A program made the position numbers and the translations under genes. From an uncultured Clostridia bacterium (GTDB lineage Bacteria; Bacillota; Clostridia; Christensenellales; Aristaeellaceae), in the NCBI GenBank assembly GCA_947165425.1, contig CAMVAJ010000003.1:24824-88823 (forward strand): 64,000 nucleotides of DNA, given 5' to 3'. The notes beneath the pieces are model-generated. The model was not told the origin of the DNA. It was given only the letters and a program-made list of their open reading frames with translations, and did no database searches. Shown in pieces: positions 1-9,324 of the stretch; the first letter of the stretch is position 1, and the number at the start of each line of letters is the position of its first letter.

Positions 1-1290
1 GCCTATGAGGGCATGTACAACGCCAACCTGCCGATCCTGCTGGTCAAGGTCTGGCTGGCCGGCGCCGCGGCGGTGGCGCTGTGGTTCCTGATCGCCAACA
101 TCCGCTTCCGGCTGAAGCTGCGGGCGGACCGCATCGAGCCCATCTCCGGCCAGCTGGAGGCGCAGTATCTCGCCATGTGCCAGGCCCGGGGCGTGAAGCC
201 CGTGCCGGTCTATTTCACCGATCCGCTGCCCTCCGCCTGCCTGGTCGGGGTGTTCCGGCCCTACATCGTGCTGCCCCTCACGGCCTCCCCGGCGGACGCG
301 ATCCGGGTGCTGACCCACGAGATCTGCCACCTGAAGAACGGCGACCACCTCTGGAGTTTGCTGCGGCTGGCCTGCTGCGCCGTCCACTGGTTTAACCCCT
401 TCGTGTGGCTGGCGGCGGGCATGAGCCGCACGGACGCGGAGCTGCGCTGCGACGACCGCGTGATCCACGACATGGACGCGGCGGAGCGGCAGGCCTACGC
501 GAACGTCCTCGTGCTGGCGGCCTCCCGGCGCACCAGCCCGGGCGTGGGCGTGCTGGCCACGGGCATGACCATGACCGGCCGCCGCCTGAAGGAGCGGGTC
601 GCCTCCGTCCTGGAGCGGATCCGTCCCCTGCGCTGGCTGACCGTCACCTTCGCGGTGATGGCCAGCGCCTGCCTGGTGGGCGCCTTCGCCACCTCCGAGA
701 TGGCGCTGCGCCCGCGCCTGCTCACCGGCGTCTCCGAGCTGAACCCGGAGCAGACCCGGATCGCGGACGAGGAGGCGGCGAAGGACTTCGCCCGACAGGT
801 CTGGGCCCTGCCCCAGCTGGGCGGCCGCAGCTTCGACCAGGCCCCCGTCTGGGAGGCCTGGGACGAGGAGGACATGGATACCGAGGTCTGGTTCGTGAAC
901 GCCCTGGACGGGGAGGGCGGCTACGTACTGTTCGACATGGGCTTCACCGTCGAGGGCTATCTCTTCGGCCTCTCGGACTACAAGCGTCTGGACAACTACT
1001 ACGCTGCGGAGGTGACCTTCGGCGGGGAGGCCGCCGAGGCGCTGGCGGAGGACCTGCGGGCCTTCGTGCGCGCGGTCTGCCCCGGCGCGGCGGAGACGAT
1101 GCGCTCCTTCCGGATCCCGCTGGAATACCAGAACGGGGACCGGCGCGCGGTGGACGTGGCCTTCTACGATTCGGAGGAGCCCGGCGACGACAACGCCGAA
1201 TGCTCCGTCTACTTCACCGTGCAGATCGCGCCGGAGACGGTCATCACCTACTACAACATCAACCACGGCTCGGTGAATGGCAACGGCTGA
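1..1290 (+). CDS. BlaR1/MecR1-type M56 peptidase signal-transducer membrane protein (5-prime partial)
   Basis: The reading frame is open to the window edge upstream of ATG 13. N-terminal TM segments are followed by the zinc motif HEICH (HExxH) and the surrounding LTHEICHLKNGDH, typical of M56 BlaR1-like sensors. Confidence 0.8.
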   Translation, partial: AYEGMYNANLPILLVKVWLAGAAAVALWFLIANIRFRLKLRADRIEPISGQLEAQYLAMCQARGVKPVPVYFTDPLPSACLVGVFRPYIVLPLTASPADAIRVLTHEICHLKNGDHLWSLLRLACCAVHWFNPFVWLAAGMSRTDAELRCDDRVIHDMDAAERQAYANVLVLAASRRTSPGVGVLATGMTMTGRRLKERVASVLERIRPLRWLTVTFAVMASACLVGAFATSEMALRPRLLTGVSELNPEQTRIADEEAAKDFARQVWALPQLGGRSFDQAPVWEAWDEEDMDTEVWFVNALDGEGGYVLFDMGFTVEGYLFGLSDYKRLDNYYAAEVTFGGEAAEALAEDLRAFVRAVCPGAAETMRSFRIPLEYQNGDRRAVDVAFYDSEEPGDDNAECSVYFTVQIAPETVITYYNINHGSVNGNG

Positions 1291-1303
1291 GGAGGTGCGT
1301 TCC

Positions 1304-3025
1304 ATGCGGAAAATGACAGGGATGCTGCTGGCGCTGTGCCTGCTCGGCGCGCTCCTGCCGGGGGCGCGGGCCGAGGCGCAGGACCCCGTGCAGATGGCGA
1401 AAAACCTGCTGACGGAGGTCTACGGCTATACCGAGGAGGAGTCGGAGGCCTTCACCTTCGACGATCCGGGCGACGGCCTGCACTTCGCCCCGGCGGACCA
1501 CCCGGAGTGGGAGTATTATCTGCCCTACGACGACGAGACGGGCGCCTGGGACGTCTCCGGCGCGAAGACCCCCTTCATGCAGGACGGCTCCTACTACCGC
1601 TACCCCGGCGAGGGCGCGGTGCGCGGCTTGCTGCGCAGGGCGGAGGAGGAGAACTGGTTCGGCGGCTGGACGGCGGAGGACCGGGAGGCCCTGCGCGCGG
1701 CGCTGATCGGCCTCTATGAGCAGATGGAGGTGGAGGACCCCGCGAGCCGCCTGACCGGCGCGATGCTGGAGGCGCTCTCCGGCGAGAGCGACGCCGCCGG
1801 GGCGCTGCAGACCCTCTTCGAGCAGCTGTTCGGCCCCGTGGAGAACTGGTCCGCGGCCACCCTCGGCTGGCGGGACGAGCTGCTGGACCGCTGGGGGCTG
1901 CGCCTGACGGCGGGCAACCCGATGGCGCGGGGCATCCGCACCTTCCACACCAACGTGTACTACCGGGGCGACAAAAACGCCGACTTCGTCCGCTTCCTGG
2001 AGGAGGTCCCGGCGGAGCTGGACGGGGCGCTCGGCCCCTTCCGCGCGAAGGGCTGGGAGGCGCTGACCGGCGGCTATCTCCGCTTCGACACCCCGGCGAC
2101 GACGGACGGGGATCGGGAAAACGAGCTCTCCGGCATGGGCCTGATCGTCCTCGGGAAGGAGGCGCGCCGGCTGACCTGCATCCTGGACTGCCGGGCGGGG
2201 GCCTGGGAGCTCTGGGCGCTGGGCGAGAACTGTCTCCCCCAGGGTCAGCTGCCCGCCATCGGCCTGTATTCCCACGTCGCGCGCTTCAGCCTGACCTGGC
2301 CGCTGGACGGGGAGCGGGAGCTGCGGATGACCGTGCTGCCCGCCGTCGCCGCCAACGAGGAGCATGGATACGTCCAGGCGGTCTGCGAGCTCGAAGCGTG
2401 CACCGTGGTGAACCTGCGGGACGGCAGCACGGTCCTGCCGATCGCCACCCCCAGATACCTGGGCGAGGCGGATCTGAGCGGGCTGCCCGCGACCTGGGAG
2501 GAGACCGATGCCGCGCATGACAGCGTGGTCCCGGAGGGCTATGTGATGGCGGGCGGCGTCCATCTGCGGGCGGACCACTCCTCCCACAGCGAGGATCTGG
2601 GTCTGCTGACCCGGGGCGTGCTGCTCCCGGTGGAGGAGGTGGTGGACGGCACCGAGTACCCCTGGATCCGGACGCGGCTCGGCCCGCTGAAGGGCTATGT
2701 CTCCGCCAACTACACCAGCTACGAGGGCTGGGGCATCAGCGAGACGGCCAGCATCGCCCCGGTCCCGGTGGCGGAGGCGCGGCAGGCGCTGGCCCTGCGC
2801 GGCGATACCGGCTTTTTAGGGACAGGCCTGCTCGCCCCGACCCTGGCCGAGCTGCCGGCAGGCGCGCGGATGCACGTGCTGATCTTCAACGGGGACTGGC
2901 TCTTCGTCGCCGCCCCGCGCAGCGAGCCCGGCTGGTTCATGGACCCGGACAGCGATTTCGGCTGGGTCCGCGCCTCCGAGGTTCAGGTTGCCTCGACCAA
3001 CGCGCAGCTGGACTGGATGGAATAA
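1304..3025 (+). CDS. Secreted protein of unknown function with C-terminal SH3b-like repeats
   Basis: GAGGAGG RBS lies 8 nt upstream of ATG 1304. The signal peptide is MRKMTGMLLALCLLGALLPGARAEA. Two C-terminal segments end in GYVSANY and GWVRASEV, resembling bacterial SH3 domains. The gene overlaps the end of the M56 gene. Confidence 0.5.
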   Translation: MRKMTGMLLALCLLGALLPGARAEAQDPVQMAKNLLTEVYGYTEEESEAFTFDDPGDGLHFAPADHPEWEYYLPYDDETGAWDVSGAKTPFMQDGSYYRYPGEGAVRGLLRRAEEENWFGGWTAEDREALRAALIGLYEQMEVEDPASRLTGAMLEALSGESDAAGALQTLFEQLFGPVENWSAATLGWRDELLDRWGLRLTAGNPMARGIRTFHTNVYYRGDKNADFVRFLEEVPAELDGALGPFRAKGWEALTGGYLRFDTPATTDGDRENELSGMGLIVLGKEARRLTCILDCRAGAWELWALGENCLPQGQLPAIGLYSHVARFSLTWPLDGERELRMTVLPAVAANEEHGYVQAVCELEACTVVNLRDGSTVLPIATPRYLGEADLSGLPATWEETDAAHDSVVPEGYVMAGGVHLRADHSSHSEDLGLLTRGVLLPVEEVVDGTEYPWIRTRLGPLKGYVSANYTSYEGWGISETASIAPVPVAEARQALALRGDTGFLGTGLLAPTLAELPAGARMHVLIFNGDWLFVAAPRSEPGWFMDPDSDFGWVRASEVQVASTNAQLDWME

Positions 3026-3038
3026 GACAATATGCAGC

Positions 3039-3072
3039 AAAAAAAGAACGCGCCGCGCGGCGCGTTCTTTTC
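3039..3072. terminator. Bidirectional intrinsic terminator between convergent genes
   Basis: GAACGCGCC-GCGC-GGCGCGTTC hairpin flanked by an A-run on the left and a T-run on the right. Confidence 0.8.
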
Positions 3073-3073
3073 G

Positions 3074-4576
3074 TCAGAAACCGTAGACATCCCGGCACTT
3101 GTTCTCTAAGTAGTCCAGGTAGACATCGGGGTTGAAGGGCTCGCCCAGGGCGCGGTCCAGCACCTCCTGGGCGGTGAGAAGGCTACCGTAGCGCCAGATG
3201 TGCTCCCGGTTCCAGGCGTTCACCGGGGCGAAGTCGCCCCGGGCGATGCACGCGTCCACGTCCACGGTCTCCTTCATCTTCCGGAGGAACTGCGCGCCGT
3301 AGGCGCTGCCGAGGGCGTAGGAGGGGAAGTAGCCGATGGCGCCGAAGGACCAGTGGCTGTCCTGGAGGACGCCGTGCTTGTCGTCGGGGACGTCGATGCC
3401 CAGATACTCCTTGTACAGCCGATTCCAGGCCGCGGGCAGCTCCCGCACCGTGAGCTCGCCGTGCATGAGCTTCTTCTCCAGCTCGTAGCGGATCATCACG
3501 TGGAGGGAGTAGGTCACCTCGTCCGCCTCGGTGCGGATCAGGGAGGGCTGCACGCGGTTGACCGCGCGGTAGAAGTCTTCCCAGGTGTAGCCGTCCATCT
3601 CGGCGGGGAAGAGCTCCCGGAGCTTCGGGAAGACAAAAGCGCAGAAGGCCCGGCTGCGGCCGAGGATGTTCTCCACAAAGCGGCTCTGGCTCTCGTGGAT
3701 GCCCATGGAGGTGCCCCCGTCGAGGACGGTGTAGGCCAGGCCGTCGTCGCTCCCGGTGTCGTAGAGGGCATGGCCGCCCTCGTGGATGACGCTGAAGAGC
3801 GAGTAGGAGAGATCCTCCCGATAGTAGTGGGTGGTGATGCGCTCGTCGAAGTGGCTGCCGAGGGAGGTGGTGAAGGGGTGCTCCGTCGTGGAGAGGCCCA
3901 CGTGGGCCGTGTCCAGCCCGATGACCTCCATCAGCCACAGGGCCAGCTTCTCCTGCCGCGCCTCGTCGAAATCGCCCTTGATGCAGGCGTCGCTGACCTG
4001 CCCCGCCTCCTGGCAGCGGCGGATCAGCGGCACGAGCCGCTCCCGCAGCCGGGCGAAGAAGGCGTCGCACTTCGCCTGATCCAGGCCGGTCTCGTACTCG
4101 CCGAGCCAGTAGTCGTAGGGGTCCTTCTCCGGGGCGGCGAGCTGGGCGAAGCGCTTCTGCGCCGCGAAGATCTTCTCCAGATAGGGCGCGAAGGCGGCGA
4201 AATCGCTGGCGTTCTTCGCCCGGGTCCATACGTCCTGGCTCTCCACCACCAGGCGCTGGTAGGCGACATACTCGTCCTTGGGGATCTTCTGCATGAAGCG
4301 GATGTCCTTCAGCAGGAGGTACACCATGCGCCGCTCCTTCGCGGAGAGCTCGTCCCGGTGCTCGTCAAGGTATTCCAGCAGCCCCACGGTCTCCTCCCCG
4401 GTGGAGAGGGTGTAGAGGATGTCGGAGAAGATGCCCATCGTATGCGCGCGGTTCGCGGCGGTGCCGGAGGGGGCGGTGGTCTCCCCGTCGTAGGAGATCA
4501 GGCTGAGGGCATGGTTGTAGGCGCTCATCCGGTCCTGCAGGGCCAGGAGCTGTTCACGGGCTTGGGTCAGGTTCAT
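3074..4576 (-). CDS. Carboxypeptidase Taq-type metallopeptidase (M32 family)
   Basis: HEGGHALYD (HExxH) and IHESQSRFVEN motifs characteristic of M32. Length is 500 aa. Confidence 0.9.
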   Translation of the reverse strand: MNLTQAREQLLALQDRMSAYNHALSLISYDGETTAPSGTAANRAHTMGIFSDILYTLSTGEETVGLLEYLDEHRDELSAKERRMVYLLLKDIRFMQKIPKDEYVAYQRLVVESQDVWTRAKNASDFAAFAPYLEKIFAAQKRFAQLAAPEKDPYDYWLGEYETGLDQAKCDAFFARLRERLVPLIRRCQEAGQVSDACIKGDFDEARQEKLALWLMEVIGLDTAHVGLSTTEHPFTTSLGSHFDERITTHYYREDLSYSLFSVIHEGGHALYDTGSDDGLAYTVLDGGTSMGIHESQSRFVENILGRSRAFCAFVFPKLRELFPAEMDGYTWEDFYRAVNRVQPSLIRTEADEVTYSLHVMIRYELEKKLMHGELTVRELPAAWNRLYKEYLGIDVPDDKHGVLQDSHWSFGAIGYFPSYALGSAYGAQFLRKMKETVDVDACIARGDFAPVNAWNREHIWRYGSLLTAQEVLDRALGEPFNPDVYLDYLENKCRDVYGF

Positions 4577-4616
4577 TTGATTCGGCTCCTCTTCTTTTGA
4601 TGGAATGGATATAACC

Positions 4617-4836
4617 GTTCAGTCGCACGGGGCATGGCGACTGAAACCTCTCTGTCGCTGCGGCGACATCTCCCCTTTACTGTGAAAATACGAAGTATTT
4701 CATTTATCGTGTTAAATCGTACTTTGTACTATTTATGGTTATTTCAGGGGAGACAGGGGTTAAAAGTTACCTGAAGCCTCCCCTGAAAGGGGAGGGGGAC
4801 CGCTTGCGGCGGAGAGGTTTCGCTGCACGGCTGAAC
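4617..4836 (+). repeat. Mosaic palindromic repeat, subfamily 1, full unit with nested AT-rich cassette (copy a)
   Basis: GAAACCTCTC (4643-4652) and GAGAGGTTTC (4812-4821) are inverted termini. It contains TGTCGCTGCGGCGACA, an ATCTCCCC/GGGGAGAC stem around a 71-nt AT-rich loop (4676-4746), and CCTCCCCTGAAAGGGGAGGGGGACCGC. Confidence 0.9.
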
Positions 4837-4849
4837 AGATACGAATGGA

Positions 4850-6175
4850 TCAGGTTTCATTCATCCTGGTTCCGTCGGCGGTCACCACGGCCTCCCAGAG
4901 CTTGGGCCGCGCCGGCGGCTCCTCGGAGAAGGTGATGGCGGCGCGGATGGCCCGCTCGGCGGCGTCCGCCTCGGCCTCGCTCCGGGCGCAGAGGGTGCAC
5001 AGCTCGGTGTCCCGCTCCACCCGGTCGCCGATGCGCACCGGGAGGATAAAGCCGACGGAGTAGTCCAGCGCGTCCGTCTTGCGCAGCCGGCCCGCGCCCA
5101 TGGCCTGGGCGGCCAGGCCAAGGGCCGTGGTGTCCATGGCGTCCACATAGCCGCCGCGGCCGACGGTCACGCGGCGCCTCACCGCGGGCTGGGGCAGGCG
5201 GGAGAGGTCGTCGCAGACCCGGGGGTCGCCGCCCTGGGCCCCGATCATCTGCCGGAGCTTCTCCAGGCCCGCGCCGCTGTCGAGGGCGCGGCGCAGCTGG
5301 ATCTCGGCCTCGGCGGGGTCCTTCGCGGCCCCTGCCAGGGTGAGCATATGGCTCCCCAGCAGGAGGGAGACGGCCAGCAGATCGCCCTTCGTCCGGCCGG
5401 AGAGCACGTCGATGGCGTCCTTCACCTCCAGGGCGTTGCCCACGTGGGTGCCCAGGGGCTGGGCCATGCCGGTGATGACGGCGGTGACAGGCTTCTCCGC
5501 CAGGGCGCCGATGGCCACCATGGCCCGGGCCAGCTCCAGGGAGCCCTCCAGCGTGTGCATGATGGCCCCGGAGCCGGTTTTGACGTCCAGGACGATGGCG
5601 TCCGCGCCGCTGGCGAGCTTCTTGGACATGATGGAGGAGGCGATCAGCGGCAGGCTGTCCACCGTGGCGGTCACGTCCCGCAGGGCGTAGAGGGCCTTGT
5701 CCGCCGGCGCGAGGGAGCCGGTCTGGCCGATGACCGCCAGGCCGATGCGGTTCACCTGGTCCACGAAGGCCTTCTCCGACAGCGAGACGCTCAGGCCGGG
5801 GATGGACTCCAGCTTGTCCAGGGTGCCGCCGGTGTGCCCCAGGCCCCGGCCGCTCATCTTCGCCACCGGCACGCCGCAGGCGGCCACCAGCGGGGCGAGG
5901 ATCAGCGTCGTGGTGTCCCCGACGCCGCCGGTGGAGTGCTTGTCCACCTTGATCCCCGGGATGGCGGATAGATCCGCCACGTCGCCGGACTTCAGCATGG
6001 CCAGGGTCAGGGCGGTGGTCTCCTCCGCCGTCATGCCCCGCAGACGGATGGCCATCAGCAGCGCCGCGAGCTGGTAGTCCGGGACGCTCCCGGTCGCCGC
6101 GCCGTCGACAAAATACTTGATCTCGTCCGGGGAGAGCGCCCCGCCGAGCTTTTTCTTTGTGATGATTTCAACCAT
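4850..6175 (-). CDS. pdp: Pyrimidine-nucleoside (thymidine) phosphorylase
   Basis: Motifs DKHSTGGVGD and GRGLGHTGGTLDKLE. Start is at MVEIITKKK (ATG 6175) rather than the longer track ORF. Confidence 0.9.
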   Translation of the reverse strand: MVEIITKKKLGGALSPDEIKYFVDGAATGSVPDYQLAALLMAIRLRGMTAEETTALTLAMLKSGDVADLSAIPGIKVDKHSTGGVGDTTTLILAPLVAACGVPVAKMSGRGLGHTGGTLDKLESIPGLSVSLSEKAFVDQVNRIGLAVIGQTGSLAPADKALYALRDVTATVDSLPLIASSIMSKKLASGADAIVLDVKTGSGAIMHTLEGSLELARAMVAIGALAEKPVTAVITGMAQPLGTHVGNALEVKDAIDVLSGRTKGDLLAVSLLLGSHMLTLAGAAKDPAEAEIQLRRALDSGAGLEKLRQMIGAQGGDPRVCDDLSRLPQPAVRRRVTVGRGGYVDAMDTTALGLAAQAMGAGRLRKTDALDYSVGFILPVRIGDRVERDTELCTLCARSEAEADAAERAIRAAITFSEEPPARPKLWEAVVTADGTRMNET

Positions 6176-6285
6176 ATTCACAGGCCGATTCCTCCCGCAA
6201 AAAAGTGATGCGCGATCAAAGGCTTCCGCTGGGGACATTGTAGCACAAAAGGCGCCGGGGCACAATTCCTATCGCGACGGGTGTG

Positions 6286-6344
6286 GACCTCATCCACCGC
6301 TGCGGCGGTCCCCCTTCCCCTAAAGGGGAAGGTCGGGTTTTTTT
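6286..6344 (+). repeat. Mosaic repeat, subfamily 3 half-unit (copy d) ending in hairpin plus T7
   Basis: CCTCATCCACCGCTGCGGCGGTCCCCC, then the CCTTCCCC-TAAA-GGGGAAGG hairpin (6313-6332), then a T-run (6338-6344). The same module occurs at 33243-33305 and 33382-33430. Confidence 0.85.
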
Positions 6345-6456
6345 ATTTCTTGCGAAAACTGCGCATGCCGTCCTTGCGGAGAAGAGAACGCATGTTCTAT
6401 ATTCGCTGCGCCGGGAGGGAGCGCCTCCCGAGAGACGAGAGAAGGATGGTGAACCA

Positions 6457-6873
6457 ATGGCGGAACCCATGGAGGAGGAGCGGCCGGCGGAGGAGCTGGC
6501 GGCGGCGCTGGAGGAGACGGCGCGGCTGCGGGAGGCGCTGACGGCGGCCCGGGCGGAGACGGAGGCTCTGCGGGCGCGGACGGCCCGGGAGGCGGGCCTG
6601 CGGACGGCGCTGCTGGCGCGCGGGGTGCGGCCGGAGGCGCTGGAGCTGCTGGCCGCCTCGGCGGGGGCGGCGGAGGACGCGGAGATGGCGGCGGAGGAAC
6701 TGCGGGGCCGGTACGCCTTCTGCTTCCGGCAGGAGGGCGGGCTGATCCCGACCGCGCCCCTCTCGCCCCCGGAGGCGGAGACGGGCGGCCTCAGCCGGGA
6801 GGCCCTCGCGGAGATGAGCGCGGCGGAGATCAACCGCCGCTGGGAGGAGGTGCGCGGCGCGCTGGGCGCGTAG
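6457..6873 (+). CDS. Phage capsid scaffolding protein (coiled-coil, DUF4355-like)
   Basis: Acidic, Ala/Glu/Arg-rich coiled-coil protein directly upstream of the capsid gene. The upstream part of track ORF 6283-6873 is repeat-derived, so ATG 6457 was chosen. Confidence 0.55.
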   Translation: MAEPMEEERPAEELAAALEETARLREALTAARAETEALRARTAREAGLRTALLARGVRPEALELLAASAGAAEDAEMAAEELRGRYAFCFRQEGGLIPTAPLSPPEAETGGLSREALAEMSAAEINRRWEEVRGALGA

Positions 6874-6916
6874 TCCGGCCAGAAAGAAATCATGCGCGGC
6901 AGCTCAATCGCATGTC

Positions 6917-7063
6917 ACCGTGCGACTGGAAACCTCTCTGTCGCTGCGGCGACATCTCCCCTTTACTGTGAAAATACGAAGTATTTTCATTTATCGTGGT
7001 AAATAGTACTTCGTACTATTTATGGATATTTCAGGGGAGACAGGGTTAAAATGAACCGAGGCC
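6917..7063 (+). repeat. Mosaic repeat, subfamily 1, left half with nested AT-rich cassette (copy b)
   Basis: Near-identical to 4641-4775, including the 72-nt AT-rich loop (6962-7033) with hairpins at 6970-6988 and 7001-7021. It lacks the right-hand CCTCCCC module. Confidence 0.9.
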
Positions 7064-7124
7064 TTATTTAGGAAACCACAATGATGCGAAGTACGATTCA
7101 ACATCAGGAAAAGAGGTAAAACAC

Positions 7125-7928
7125 ATGGCCATCACAAGCTTTATCCCCAAGGTCTGGAGCGCGAGACTCCAGGAGAATCTGCACAAGGCGCTGGTCTTCG
7201 GCGCGCTGTGCAACCGCAACTACGAGGGCGACATCGCCGTCTGCGGCGACACCGTCCACATCAACTCCCTGCGCGACGTCACCGTGCGCCCCTACACGCC
7301 CGGCGAGGATCTGGCCGACCCGGAGCAGCTCAGCGGCGACGACCTGACCCTGACCATCGACCACGCGGTCTACTGCAACTTCTATCTCAGCGACGTGGAC
7401 GCGGCCCAGGCGAGGGCGGACGTGATGGACGCCGCCATGCGCGGGGCGGCCCGCCGCCTGGCGGAGGACACCGAGAGCTACCTGCTGGGCGTGATCCGCG
7501 CCGGCGCGGGGATCACGCTGACGCTGAACCTCTCCCGCTCCGACGTCTTCACCTGCCTGATCGACCTGAAGACCGCGATGGACGAGCGCAATGTCCCCCG
7601 CCAGGGGCGCAGGCTCGTGGTGCCGCCCACGCTGGAGGGGGAACTGCTCAAGGACAGCCGCTTCGTCACCGCCGGCGGCGCGCTGGCGGAGAGCGCCCTC
7701 GCCGAGGGCGCGGTGGCGCGGGCCTGCGGCTTCGACATCTACATCAGCAACGACCTCGACGGGGAGATGGTGGCGATGACCGAGGACGGCGTGACTTTCG
7801 CCCAGCAGATCGCGAAGATGGAGGCCTACCGCCGGGAGAAGGGCTTCGACGACGGCGTGAAGGCCCTCTCCCTGTGCGGCGCGAAGGTGGTCATCCCCGA
7901 CTGCGTGGCGCTGGTGACGGTGTCCTGA
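7125..7928 (+). CDS. Phage major capsid protein (P22-coat-like family)
   Basis: The N-terminus MAITSFIPKVWSARLQENLHKALVFGALCNRNYEGDI..GDTVHI matches the conserved start of P22-coat-like capsid proteins. It follows the scaffold gene. Confidence 0.65.
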   Translation: MAITSFIPKVWSARLQENLHKALVFGALCNRNYEGDIAVCGDTVHINSLRDVTVRPYTPGEDLADPEQLSGDDLTLTIDHAVYCNFYLSDVDAAQARADVMDAAMRGAARRLAEDTESYLLGVIRAGAGITLTLNLSRSDVFTCLIDLKTAMDERNVPRQGRRLVVPPTLEGELLKDSRFVTAGGALAESALAEGAVARACGFDIYISNDLDGEMVAMTEDGVTFAQQIAKMEAYRREKGFDDGVKALSLCGAKVVIPDCVALVTVS

Positions 7929-7946
7929 GGAGGCTGAGAGACGATC

Positions 7947-8384
7947 GTGACGGCAGCGGATGTGATGCGCGAGGTGCGCAACTGCTTCCCCGCCTCCTCG
8001 ATGCGGGGGACGTGGACCATCGCCGGGGGCCATCTGACCCCCGGCGACCTCCTCCTGCCCGGGGACTGGATCGCGCTGGAGGGCTCCCTCTATAACGACG
8101 GGGCGCACCAGCTGGACGAGCACGGCGACCTCCCCGGCGCGCGGGACGAGACCTTCACCGGCGTGATCTGGCTCCTGCGCCCGCCCGGGGCCTTCCTGGA
8201 GCTGTGCGCGGAGATCGCGGCCTGGGAGGCCCGCTGGGATACGGGCGCGCTGGCCCAGGAGCGGCTGGAGGGCTACGGCTGGCGCGGGGCCACCGACGCC
8301 AACGGCCTGCCCGTGGACTGGCGCGATGTGTTCCGGGCGCGGCTGATCCCCTACCGCCGGATGTTCCCGGAGGTGAACCCGTGA
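7947..8384 (+). CDS. Hypothetical phage protein
   Basis: 145-aa ORF in the phage gene string with GTGA overlap to the next ORF. No recognisable motif. Confidence 0.4.
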   Translation: MTAADVMREVRNCFPASSMRGTWTIAGGHLTPGDLLLPGDWIALEGSLYNDGAHQLDEHGDLPGARDETFTGVIWLLRPPGAFLELCAEIAAWEARWDTGALAQERLEGYGWRGATDANGLPVDWRDVFRARLIPYRRMFPEVNP

Positions 8385-8548
8385 GGGCCCGCGCCGCGTC
8401 GGCGGCGGACTGGGAGCGGGCGGAGGCAACGGCGGAGTCCCTGCCGGAGCCGGAGACGCCGCGGGAGCAGCCGGAGGGGGAGACGCTGCTGGCCCTGCTG
8501 GCGCAGGCGCAGCGGACCCTCCGGCAGGGGTACGGACAGCGAGGATGA
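8381..8548 (+). CDS. Small hypothetical phage ORF (possible gene remnant)
   Basis: GTG start overlaps the previous stop. It encodes 55 aa and lies where head-completion, tail and tape-measure genes would be expected. Confidence 0.25.
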   Translation: MRARAASAADWERAEATAESLPEPETPREQPEGETLLALLAQAQRTLRQGYGQRG

Positions 8549-8569
8549 GACAGAGAGAGGAGGAATCCC

Positions 8570-9322
8570 ATGCCTGAGACGGAGAGCGGCGGCTTCTCCC
8601 TGATCTGGCGCGGCGTGGCGGCGGAGAGCCTGGGGGTGCGCGCCGCGCGGCTGCCGCCGGTGACTACGGCCGCCCCGCGCCGGCGGCGGATCGCCCTGCC
8701 GGGCCGCAGCGGCGACCTGCCCCTCGCGGAGGAGGGGCGCTACGCCTGCTGCCGGCGGAAGATCCCGCTGCTGCTGAGCCCCGGGAGCGATCTGCGGCGG
8801 GTGCGGGACTGGCTCCGGGGTGAGGGGACGCTGGTGCTGGGCAACGAGCCGGACCGCGCCCTCGCGGCGGCGGTCTCGGGCGAGACGCGCTTCGAGCCGA
8901 TCCCGGGCAGGCGGTTTTTCGCGGAGGCGGTCTTCGACTGCCAGCCGCTCAAGGCGGCCTGGCCCGCGCCGGAGCCTGTGGCGGCGGATGTGGAGGCCGG
9001 GGCGCTGACCCTGTACAACCCCGGCGACGTGGCGGCCCGGCCGGTCTGCACGGTCGAGGGGAGCGGCGCGATCACGCTCTCCGTGGGCGGGGCCTCGGTG
9101 GAGGTGGATTTAGAGGCCGCCGGCGCGGCGGCCTGCGTGATCGACACGGGCGAGGGGACCTTCACCGACCCGGCGGACGGGCGGAGCCTGACTGAGTTCA
9201 GCTGCGTGTCGGATCACGGGCTGCGGGGGCTGTGGCTCCCCGCCCGGGCGGAGACGGCGATCACCTGGCGCGGCGAGGGCCTGACCGCGCTGACGGTGCG
9301 GCCGGAGTGGAGGTGGCTGTGA
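8570..9322 (+). CDS. Phage distal tail protein (Dit, siphovirus tail family)
   Basis: The FSLIW.G..AESLGV...LPP........RRIALPGRSGDL pattern is typical of Sipho_tail/Dit proteins. It lies directly upstream of the Tal-like gene. Confidence 0.6.
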   Translation: MPETESGGFSLIWRGVAAESLGVRAARLPPVTTAAPRRRRIALPGRSGDLPLAEEGRYACCRRKIPLLLSPGSDLRRVRDWLRGEGTLVLGNEPDRALAAAVSGETRFEPIPGRRFFAEAVFDCQPLKAAWPAPEPVAADVEAGALTLYNPGDVAARPVCTVEGSGAITLSVGGASVEVDLEAAGAAACVIDTGEGTFTDPADGRSLTEFSCVSDHGLRGLWLPARAETAITWRGEGLTALTVRPEWRWL

Positions 9323-9324
9323 GC

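Noticed and set aside
7947-8548. Assigning the 145-aa and 55-aa ORFs between capsid and Dit to specific head-tail connector or tape-measure remnants
   Set aside because: No recognisable motifs are present. The position alone is not enough, because this is exactly where a large deletion is inferred.
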